From a virus, in IMG/VR virus record IMGVR_UViG_3300030107_001040, positions 37,656 through 101,655 of that record: DNA of 64,000 nt. One strand, 5' to 3'. The position numbers and the translations under genes were made by a program. Positions 26,695 to 34,167 of the stretch are shown in pieces (within the stretch, counting starts at the first letter, position 1; every line of letters starts with the position of its first letter). Below the pieces are notes generated by a model. That model searched no databases. It worked only from the letters and a program-made list of their open reading frames with translations, and had not been told where the DNA came from.

Positions 26695-27003
26695 ATGTCA
26701 ATTTCAACTAAATCTCTATTTTCCCAGTCCATTAACCTATGTGATGACTATCTAGGTTTTGAGTGGACTCGTGGTGTTACCACTAATCTATTTGATGTAT
26801 ATCGTAGAGAAAACGACCTAGATCCAAATCTAGCGATCTACCATTACGGAAATGACCGCTTTGAGGTCAGAACTATGGTCTATACAGACAATGGTTGCAT
26901 TATCGGAGATCAAATAGATCTCGGTACTTTTGATAATATCTCAGATGCAGAGGACTGCGCCGAGGATTATCTAAAGGATCTACTACTAGATCTAGGAGTG
27001 TGA
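26695..27003 (+). CDS. Hypothetical acidic protein
   Basis: 102-aa ORF after the promoter. Confidence 0.7.
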   Translation: MSISTKSLFSQSINLCDDYLGFEWTRGVTTNLFDVYRRENDLDPNLAIYHYGNDRFEVRTMVYTDNGCIIGDQIDLGTFDNISDAEDCAEDYLKDLLLDLGV

Positions 27004-27007
27004 TTCA

Positions 27008-27169
27008 ATGAGATACTCAGTTCATTGCCCATCCGCACCATTTGAGAACACCTCATTTATTAACCTTGACGACTGTTGGGGTTTATGCCTAGATTTATCC
27101 GAAGAATACGGATATGCTGAGGTTAGATATGGTGCTTGTGTTCTCGGTTCCTATACTAATGGAGGTTAA
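27008..27169 (+). CDS. Small hypothetical protein (not in track)
   Basis: MRYSVHCPSAPFEN...CWGLCLDLSEEYGYAEVRYG; SD AGGAG. Confidence 0.65.
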   Translation: MRYSVHCPSAPFENTSFINLDDCWGLCLDLSEEYGYAEVRYGACVLGSYTNGG

Positions 27170-27171
27170 TT

Positions 27172-27300
27172 ATGTCTTGCTTGCAAAATGAAATCATTCT
27201 TGAGAACATCTATGAGGAACTTGCTGAAGAGTTTCCTACACTAACTCAAGACGAATTAGAGTCACTAACTTATCAGAAATTTGAGGATCTATGCCAATAG
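27172..27300 (+). CDS. Small acidic protein (not in track)
   Basis: MSCLQNEIILENIYEE...FEDLCQ; SD GGAGG. Confidence 0.65.
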   Translation: MSCLQNEIILENIYEELAEEFPTLTQDELESLTYQKFEDLCQ

Positions 27301-27345
27301 GTTCTCATTTTTTCTACCTTAATCATTCTTTCTAAATTAACAACA

Positions 27346-27489
27346 ATGCCAAGAACTATTGACCTCTATGATGTATTCACACCAGATGAATTAGATCAGG
27401 TTACTAACATTTACCTAGAAGCACTTGCTAGGTCTAAAGGTATAGAACCCGAAGTATTTGAAATAGTAACTAACATTATCGTGGAGTAA
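27346..27489 (+). CDS. Small hypothetical protein (not in track)
   Basis: 47 aa, MPRTIDLYDVFTPDELDQV... Confidence 0.5.
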   Translation: MPRTIDLYDVFTPDELDQVTNIYLEALARSKGIEPEVFEIVTNIIVE

Positions 27490-27620
27490 TTAATCATGTT
27501 TGTGGTTAGCGAGCGCCTGGAATTTAGGGTGCCATGAGTATACATTTTCAACTAATTCCTTGGAACATGATAACAACTGCCATTGACACATTACAGCACA
27601 TGGAAGATAACAAACCAACC

Positions 27621-27773
27621 ATGACTTACGAAGAATTGTTAATACAATTACTTCAACAATCTCCAGACAAACTTTCACAAACGGTCACCATTTATGACAA
27701 AGATACAGATGAACAAATCCGAGCAGATTCGTCACTATTTGACAACAACGGAAAATTATTCATCAAGATATAG
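27621..27773 (+). CDS. Hypothetical protein
   Basis: 'MTYEELLIQL....L.QTVTIYD' within ORF 27534..27773; start uncertain. Confidence 0.55.
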   Translation: MTYEELLIQLLQQSPDKLSQTVTIYDKDTDEQIRADSSLFDNNGKLFIKI

Positions 27774-27857
27774 TACATCTTGTTGGGAAGAATCTATGAC
27801 AGGTGATGAATACTTAGACTACCTAGATAGAAGAGAAGCAGAAAAGAATGGTTGGTA

Positions 27858-28082
27858 ATGTGTATTGAAAAGTATAACTTTATCAGAGGCGAATCCATTA
27901 CACTAAATGATGATAATGGATGGGTCAATTTCATCTCTAATGAATACATTACCATGACAACAAATAGATGGAAAGATGATAATTATATGACTGGATATAG
28001 AGAGACTAATTTATTAGTTTATCCAACAGATTTCAAAAACATTATATTCAATGATAGGAAGATTAATGAAGAAAAGTGTTAG
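27858..28082 (+). CDS. Hypothetical protein
   Basis: 'G.V.FIS.EYITM...NLLVYP'; start uncertain. Confidence 0.55.
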   Translation: MCIEKYNFIRGESITLNDDNGWVNFISNEYITMTTNRWKDDNYMTGYRETNLLVYPTDFKNIIFNDRKINEEKC

Positions 28083-28187
28083 TTCCGCAGAACAGATTAA
28101 CTACGTGTTTATAACATTTAAGGAGTTAATCATTATGCAATGGGAATACATTAGAAAGCATAGATTATGGACAGTTATTAACACCTC

Positions 28188-28509
28188 TGTGGAAAACTTA
28201 GACTGAATTGTTGAAAACAATTAAATGGTAATTTAAATAGGTTTGTGTGTTTTATAGAGAGATTAATTGTCTCCGTTAATTGTAGTCTTAGCACACGTAT
28301 TACCGATTCGTCAATATTACTAAACACATTGCAATAATTGACAAAAATGTCATATTGGACTATAATACAACTTAGAGATCTTTACACATTCTCGCAATGA
28401 TTCTTCCAGGAAAGTATCAACAACTCCATGAGAGTTTTCCACAACTTAACAACAATGACATGATAGATTACTGTCAATTCTTGTTAGATACGGAACAACA
28501 TGTGGAAAA
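28188..28509. repeat. Cluster of TTTTCCACA (DnaA-box-like) 9-mers
   Basis: Perfect copies at 28188-28196 (-), 28435-28443 (+) and 28501-28509 (-); a one-mismatch copy at 28209-28217. Confidence 0.55.
28338..28366 (+). promoter_or_regulatory. Consensus sigma70 promoter
   Basis: TTGACA-17 nt-TATAAT. Confidence 0.85.
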
Positions 28510-28594
28510 CGTTGATACTAACCGTATGTGCAATTATTTACTATTAGAAGGATTATTGTATCACGTGCCTATAAACAATGAGGTGCCAATATGA
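28397..28594 (+). CDS. Hypothetical protein
   Basis: 65-aa ORF directly after the consensus promoter. Confidence 0.6.
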   Translation: MILPGKYQQLHESFPQLNNNDMIDYCQFLLDTEQHVENVDTNRMCNYLLLEGLLYHVPINNEVPI

Positions 28595-28779
28595 TCTACA
28601 TTCTTTATAACAATAGAGAGGAGATTGAAGGCGAATTTAGTACAATAACTGATCTTGAATTGTATGTAGATACTGTTAGAGAATTGCGTAATGAAAGGTA
28701 TCCTAATACCCCACGATTATCATGCTTTGATTATATCAAATCAATTGGATGGTTCTTAACAATTAAGGATGGCAATTAG
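28591..28779 (+). CDS. Hypothetical protein
   Basis: ATGA overlap; SD GAGG. Confidence 0.65.
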   Translation: MIYILYNNREEIEGEFSTITDLELYVDTVRELRNERYPNTPRLSCFDYIKSIGWFLTIKDGN

Positions 28780-28796
28780 GAAAACTTAATGATAAC

Positions 28797-28825
28797 TTGA
28801 CAAACAAATTAATGTATGCTATAGT
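28797..28825 (+). promoter_or_regulatory. Sigma70 promoter with extended -10
   Basis: TTGACA-17 nt-TATAGT, with TG at the extended position. Confidence 0.8.
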
Positions 28826-28852
28826 ATAAACATAATCAAGGAATTAATTCCA

Positions 28853-29077
28853 ATGAAACTTAATCCAATTGCCGCTAATCAGAACGAAGTTGTTCTTAAC
28901 AATGGAGACACAATCTTCTTCAGTTATAAAACACCAGTTGCAGCATATTTGCAAGAGAAAGGTTACATTAGGACTGAAAAGTTCTGGTCAGTAACAACAT
29001 CTAGGCACATAAATAAGTGGTTAAATGGTACTAATGCAACTGAATTACCACAGGAAGTATTCAACGAGTTAGTGTAA
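28853..29077 (+). CDS. Conserved phage hypothetical protein
   Basis: 'IFFSYKTPVAA...WSVTTSRHINKWL'. Confidence 0.8.
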   Translation: MKLNPIAANQNEVVLNNGDTIFFSYKTPVAAYLQEKGYIRTEKFWSVTTSRHINKWLNGTNATELPQEVFNELV

Positions 29078-29276
29078 TTACATGCACTAAGTAACAACCA
29101 AGACAGTTGATTGCTCAATAAAGTATAAAGAAAGACCCCCAAATCGCAGTCATATCGGGGGTTCTCGGTCTTGGTGCGGCCCCTATATTAAAAAAGATAG
29201 AGACCCTAACCTACAAAGGTTCCCAAACGCTAGTGATATATAAAAAATAATAAAAAAAATTCCCAAGGAAAAAAAG

Positions 29277-29495
29277 ATGACTCCTAAGTTTTCACAGACC
29301 CATCAAGATGATAGAGTGTGGGCGTTAGAGAGATTGATAAGATATGAAGGACATCTAGACCCTAGGATGTATGAGTGTGCTCAATTAAACTCTGAGCAGA
29401 GGGATAACAAAGATTGTGAAACTCTATATAAGTTGTGGGAGGACTGGAAGAAGCGTATACCAGCGAATCCTCACAGTCAATTAAATCGGTTATGA
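29277..29495 (+). CDS. Hypothetical protein
   Basis: 72 aa; 'LDPRMYECA...W..WK'. Confidence 0.65.
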   Translation: MTPKFSQTHQDDRVWALERLIRYEGHLDPRMYECAQLNSEQRDNKDCETLYKLWEDWKKRIPANPHSQLNRL

Positions 29496-29499
29496 CAAC

Positions 29500-29661
29500 A
29501 TGAGCAAGAGATTCACAACTACATTAGACGAGGATGATTATGGCGATTTAATACTTACTATCCCGTATGATGTTTGTGAAGAACTGGGTTGGGATACAAG
29601 TACAGAATTGCAATATGACGTTGGTGAAGATAATTTTACGTTAAAGAAATCAGAAGAATAA
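29500..29661 (+). CDS. AbrB/MazE/SpoVT-like small DNA-binding protein (not in track)
   Basis: MSKRFTTTLDEDDYGDLILTIPYDVCEELGWDTSTELQY...LKK matches the 'G.l.ltIP..v.eeLGw..g..l' swapped-hairpin pattern. Confidence 0.65.
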   Translation: MSKRFTTTLDEDDYGDLILTIPYDVCEELGWDTSTELQYDVGEDNFTLKKSEE

Positions 29662-29740
29662 TTGTTACTGATACTCGTTCTCAATAGCGTAGTATTTTTA
29701 TCATTAAGGTGTGCTATATACAACAGTTGGGTAAACTATT

Positions 29741-30031
29741 ATGGCATATTCAGTAACGTTAATTGATACAGAAGGAGCATCTACTACCTTTGACTGCGGA
29801 CCAGATGAATACATACTGGATAAGGCAGAAGAGGAAGGGGTAGACGCTCCTTATTCATGTAGGGCTGGTGCATGTAGCACTTGTTGTGGTAGAATAGTAG
29901 AAGGTTCCGTTAACCAAGAGGAACAGTCTTTTCTAGATGATGACCAGATGAGTGAAGGATTTGTGCTAACATGCGTTGCATACCCAACCTCAGATGTTAC
30001 AATACAACTAGGAGAGGAGGAAAACTTATAA
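29741..30031 (+). CDS. petF: Plant-type [2Fe-2S] ferredoxin
   Basis: '[12 protein letters not shown]...EQSFLDDDQ...[13 protein letters not shown]'. Confidence 0.96.
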   Translation: MAYSVTLIDTEGASTTFDCGPDEYILDKAEEEGVDAPYSCRAGACSTCCGRIVEGSVNQEEQSFLDDDQMSEGFVLTCVAYPTSDVTIQLGEEENL

Positions 30032-30042
30032 GGATGTTACAC

Positions 30043-30294
30043 ATGAGAGAACAATTAATTAAAGCAGTACTTGCTCATGCAAATGGCGAGATACAGAAAC
30101 ACAAGGCAAACGTTGAAGTTTACTTGGAGCACCCAATGGGGATCGGAGAGCACTCTGATATTACAGAAGCTATTGGTGTAGAGATTGATAAGATCGCAAG
30201 ATATCACGATCAAGTAGAAGTATTACAAAAATACTTTATGAAAGGATCAGTTGCTTCTGCTTATCAAACTCAGGTAGGAACCACGTCACTCTAA
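30043..30294 (+). CDS. Conserved cyanophage hypothetical protein
   Basis: 'MREQLIKA..AHA.GEI.KHKANVEVYL.HP.GIGEHSDI'; start downstream of the petF stop. Confidence 0.75.
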   Translation: MREQLIKAVLAHANGEIQKHKANVEVYLEHPMGIGEHSDITEAIGVEIDKIARYHDQVEVLQKYFMKGSVASAYQTQVGTTSL

Positions 30295-30620
30295 TGAACT
30301 GGAATCCTAGTGAAGAAATACCAAAATTCCCTATGGAATACAAGAAAATGATGAAAGGAAACCTAACTGAGCGTCAAATAGCAATATTAGACGGATCTGA
30401 ACTTAAATCCCATGAAGGAATGCTCTTTGGTGGGATGTATTCTGACTGGAAACATCAGAGGGGGTTCTCATGACCTCCCAAGAAGACCAGTTTGAAGGCA
30501 TGGATAGAGGAGAATTGATCTCCGAACTGCTTCAAATCACTGCCTACCTAGGTGGTGAGATGCAAAGAACCACTACATTGAATAGTACAGGACGTTCTTC
30601 CGAGAAAATTATCATAGAAT

Positions 30621-30815
30621 ATGATGTCAAACAAAAAGATTGACCCAGTTCAGGATAATATAGAGGCACATGAAGCCATAAACATGTGTCTTTCTACCGT
30701 GGGCGAGCGTTTATCCACATTAGAGGAGTATATTCAGAACAATCAGCTAGTACAAGCTGAGATTCTTAAGAAATTTGACGAAAGATTGAGCAATTTAGAG
30801 CAAAAGATGCTATAA
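30621..30815 (+). CDS. Small coiled-coil hypothetical protein
   Basis: 64-aa ORF with heptad character. Confidence 0.6.
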   Translation: MMSNKKIDPVQDNIEAHEAINMCLSTVGERLSTLEEYIQNNQLVQAEILKKFDERLSNLEQKML

Positions 30816-30863
30816 TTAGCGTCGTCGCGCCGCGATCCACACTATACAAGAGGTTTTGATACT

Positions 30864-31007
30864 ATGGCTGTTAAAAAAAGTCTAACTGGGGGTGAATATA
30901 TTGAAGCAAGACCCAAAAAGACTCGTCAAGGAGAAGGAAAGCACACAAAAGTTGCGGCAACATCACGGAATAAGGCAAAAAAACGATATAGAGGACAAGG
31001 AAGGTAA
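30864..31007 (+). CDS. Small highly basic protein (not in track)
   Basis: MAVKKSLTGGEYIEARPKKTRQGEGKHTKVAATSRNKAKKRYRGQGR; SD GAGG. Confidence 0.75.
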   Translation: MAVKKSLTGGEYIEARPKKTRQGEGKHTKVAATSRNKAKKRYRGQGR

Positions 31008-31211
31008 ATGTTTAACCTAAAAAAGATAAAAGAAAGACGTGAAAAGCAAAAAAAGTATATTAGAGACGAAATAAAGTCCATTGTTAAGGAAGCAATGGAC
31101 GAATGGGCGGGAAATTGTGAATATCTTACTACACAAACTGATAAGGAGGCTAGATACTATTGTTCCAAAGCAGATTGTGAAGGAGTAAGATTTAATGACA
31201 AAGGAACCTGA
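31008..31211 (+). CDS. Hypothetical protein
   Basis: Abuts the upstream stop; 67 aa. Confidence 0.55.
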   Translation: MFNLKKIKERREKQKKYIRDEIKSIVKEAMDEWAGNCEYLTTQTDKEARYYCSKADCEGVRFNDKGT

Positions 31212-31410
31212 TCATATAGAAGAGGCATGGAGTGAGTCCAGAATCAATAAACCCAAGGTTATTCCTATGCCTCTTTGGGTTACCGATAAAGAATTTGATA
31301 AAATAGTAGAGTCTTTGTGGATTCGTCGTAAGACTGATCCACTTTCTAATGTACTATGGGAAAGACTCTCTCATTTAAAGGATGCCGCTAGTAAGATAAA
31401 TAATAATTAG
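31195..31410 (+). CDS. Hypothetical protein
   Basis: SD AGGAG; 71 aa. Confidence 0.6.
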   Translation: MTKEPDHIEEAWSESRINKPKVIPMPLWVTDKEFDKIVESLWIRRKTDPLSNVLWERLSHLKDAASKINNN

Positions 31411-31425
31411 TTGTTATGTAAATAG

Positions 31426-31710
31426 GTGACATACAAGGCATTGCCAGACGGTTTATACATCGGAAAGAGTCCAGTTGCAGGACAGGGCATATTTTCTATG
31501 ATGGATATTCAAATAGGCACTGAATTGGGTATGTCGCACCTAATAATTGATGATGAAATCATTAGGACACCGTTAGGAGGGTTTATAAACCACTCTAACT
31601 TCCCAAATTGCGAAAAATACCTTGTTGGTAATAGATATTATGTAAAAGTGATCAAAGCAATAGGTCCTAAAGAGGAATTATTCTTGAAATATACATTTTA
31701 TAGCGTATAG
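31426..31710 (+). CDS. Minimal SET-domain protein (putative lysine methyltransferase)
   Basis: 'KSPVAGQGIFS', 'GGFINHSNFPNC' and 'I..KEELFLKY' correspond to SET motifs I, III and IV. Confidence 0.85.
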   Translation: MTYKALPDGLYIGKSPVAGQGIFSMMDIQIGTELGMSHLIIDDEIIRTPLGGFINHSNFPNCEKYLVGNRYYVKVIKAIGPKEELFLKYTFYSV

Positions 31711-31712
31711 GG

Positions 31713-32132
31713 ATGGCATTAAAAGAAGTAGATGGTAAACAGATCAATTTATCACGTGCATATAGGGACGTGGCAATTGGAATGCTTAAAAATCCCTTTA
31801 CAAAGGACGCTTCAACTGTAAAGAACGATAATTCTATCAAACAAGCAATTAAGAATTTAACATTAACTCAAATGGGAGAGAAATTATTCCAGCCAGAAAT
31901 AGGTTGCAATGTATTTCAACTGTTATTTGAACCTCTAGATGGGTTTACGGCTGACTCAATCAGAGATGAGATCATAAATACTCTTGGTCAGTATGAGACT
32001 AGGATAACTATCAATACTGTAGCAGTGGTACCAAACGATGATCAAAACACGTTTGATGTAACTGTTGAATATAGAATTGTAGGTCAACCTATTGTGGAGT
32101 CCGTTTCTTTCGTGTTACAGAGACCTGAATAA
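31713..32132 (+). CDS. gp25: Baseplate wedge subunit gp25
   Basis: 'SIKQAIKNL.LT..GEKLFQPEIG..V..LLFEP...YETRI' GPW/gp25 family; lies upstream of gp6. Confidence 0.92.
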   Translation: MALKEVDGKQINLSRAYRDVAIGMLKNPFTKDASTVKNDNSIKQAIKNLTLTQMGEKLFQPEIGCNVFQLLFEPLDGFTADSIRDEIINTLGQYETRITINTVAVVPNDDQNTFDVTVEYRIVGQPIVESVSFVLQRPE

Positions 32133-34162
32133 TGCAACCCAATAATTTAACAGCATTAGATTTTACAGATATCAAGTCTTCCATTAAGTCTTATCTGAGA
32201 ACCAGAGAAGAATTTACAGATTACGACTTTGAAGGAGCTGCTCTTTCATATCTGATTGATGTTTTAGCGTATAATACCTATTATTCCGCTTTTAATGCGA
32301 ATATGTCAATGAATGAGGCATTTCTACCCTCAGCGACTGTTCGTGACAACGTTGTAAACATTGCAAAACTCCTAAATTACGTTCCAAAGTCAATTATTGC
32401 CTCTAGAGCGTGTTTAAAACTTGTAATTCAAACAACACAGACTTCTGGGTCATATCCTAGCACTGTAACACTAGCAAAAGGACCAGTAGCGACTGGTGGT
32501 GGTTATATTTGGAATACTACCTCATCTGTTACTGCTGAAGTTGATCCTACTACAGGAATTGCCACAATGGACAACCTTCAAATCAAAGAAGGCACCATTG
32601 TTAACTTTTCTTACGTAGTTAATACCTTTGCATCACAAATTTACAAGGTTCCTTCGGAAGATTGTGATATTTCTACTCTTTCCGTAAGGGTAAAGGCAAA
32701 CGAATCCTCTACAACGTCTGATTTGTATAATCAGGTTGATACTGTAACCAGTTTACTCGCTACATCACGTATATACTTCCTTGCAGAAGGTGAAGATATG
32801 CGTTATGAGATAAAGTTTGGTGATGGTAGTATTGGACGTGCTGTACAAGACGGAGAGGTCATTGATTTAGAATACTTGGTAACAAGTGGTTCTGATGCTA
32901 ATGATGTTAATGTATTTGGAATAATTGGTAAGTTTACTGATAACCTAGACACAAGTTATACCTCTTCTGCGGTCACAATGACCATGAAAGAGAAATCTCA
33001 GTATGGTGAAGCTGCTGAGAGCATGGAGTCTATTAAATATAACGCTCCAAGATACTATTCTTCTCAATATAGAGCAGTTACATCGCAAGATTATGCTCTT
33101 ATTACGAAAAAAGTGTATGATAACGCACAATCCGTCGTTGCATATGGTGGAGATTCACTAAATCCGCCAATTTACGGAAAAGTGTATGTTGCGATACAAA
33201 CTAAGACGGGATCATTGCTAAATGATGCTACAAAGAAGGATATTGCGGCAAAATTAAGGGCATATGCGATGGCATCTATTGATCCAGTCGTTATTGACCC
33301 TGAAAATGTATACATTTATCCAAAACTGTTCATTCAGTATGATACAGGTTGCGGATCTGATACATCAACTATTAAAACTAACGTTTCAAACGCTATTACG
33401 AGTTGGGCTACCCAAACACAGATCAATAACTTTAACTCTACGTTTAGATCACAAGCATTTGAAAAAGCAATTACTTTAGCGGATAGATGCGTAAGTGACG
33501 TATCTGTTCAGACTACAATACTAAGATACATCGTTCCAACAACCAATCAGACGAATACTTATACAATTTCAACTGGTTCTGCACTATACAACAGTGCTCC
33601 TAGTAAATTGACCGATTCTGCTGGAACAGATGACGATAAAGAACCCATTCTTTTGTCTGGAACCTTTAGAACATCAGATAGACCTGGTGTTGACCAGCAA
33701 TTTGAAGATGATGGGTTTGGAAAACTAAAAACCTTCTATAACACAGGAACAAGGAAGGTTTATACAAACACTAATGCTGGTACAGTTAATTATGATACTG
33801 GAGAGATCAAATTCGGACCAATTAATGTAATTGGTGCTGGAACAAATATAAGTCTAACAGCAGTTACTATCACTGATACTACAACGGGTGCTGGTTCTGT
33901 AAGTGACGGATCTTTACTTCCTGCAAGTCTACAAATACCTTGTCAGTTTATTCCTGCGAACTCTAATAGTATACCTGCTTCTACTCCAGGCACTATTATC
34001 AATATCGTATCTCCTGAAATAACAGTTGCTGCAGTGGGAACTACTCCACCTCCAACTATACCACTAAATAGTTTGACACCAACGATTTTCGACCAAACAC
34101 CTACTACGGTAACAGTCGCAAGTACGACGGGTACAACTCTAAACACATCATCTTGTCTGTAA
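32132..34162 (+). CDS. gp6: Baseplate wedge subunit gp6
   Basis: 'LDF.DIK..IK.YLR...EFTDYDFEG..LS.LIDVLAYNTYY.AFNANM..NEAFL.SA..RDNVV', and 'RAVT.QDY'. Confidence 0.93.
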   Translation: MQPNNLTALDFTDIKSSIKSYLRTREEFTDYDFEGAALSYLIDVLAYNTYYSAFNANMSMNEAFLPSATVRDNVVNIAKLLNYVPKSIIASRACLKLVIQTTQTSGSYPSTVTLAKGPVATGGGYIWNTTSSVTAEVDPTTGIATMDNLQIKEGTIVNFSYVVNTFASQIYKVPSEDCDISTLSVRVKANESSTTSDLYNQVDTVTSLLATSRIYFLAEGEDMRYEIKFGDGSIGRAVQDGEVIDLEYLVTSGSDANDVNVFGIIGKFTDNLDTSYTSSAVTMTMKEKSQYGEAAESMESIKYNAPRYYSSQYRAVTSQDYALITKKVYDNAQSVVAYGGDSLNPPIYGKVYVAIQTKTGSLLNDATKKDIAAKLRAYAMASIDPVVIDPENVYIYPKLFIQYDTGCGSDTSTIKTNVSNAITSWATQTQINNFNSTFRSQAFEKAITLADRCVSDVSVQTTILRYIVPTTNQTNTYTISTGSALYNSAPSKLTDSAGTDDDKEPILLSGTFRTSDRPGVDQQFEDDGFGKLKTFYNTGTRKVYTNTNAGTVNYDTGEIKFGPINVIGAGTNISLTAVTITDTTTGAGSVSDGSLLPASLQIPCQFIPANSNSIPASTPGTIINIVSPEITVAAVGTTPPPTIPLNSLTPTIFDQTPTTVTVASTTGTTLNTSSCL

Positions 34163-34167
34163 AATAG

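Noticed and set aside
29971-30042. Overlapping N-terminal extension or frameshift fusion with petF
   Set aside because: An in-frame ATG at 30043 gives the expected N-terminus; no slippery site is evident.
30819-30834. GC-rich run gcgtcgtcgcgccgcg in AT-rich DNA
   Set aside because: Too short, with no clear hairpin plus U-tract; no function can be supported.
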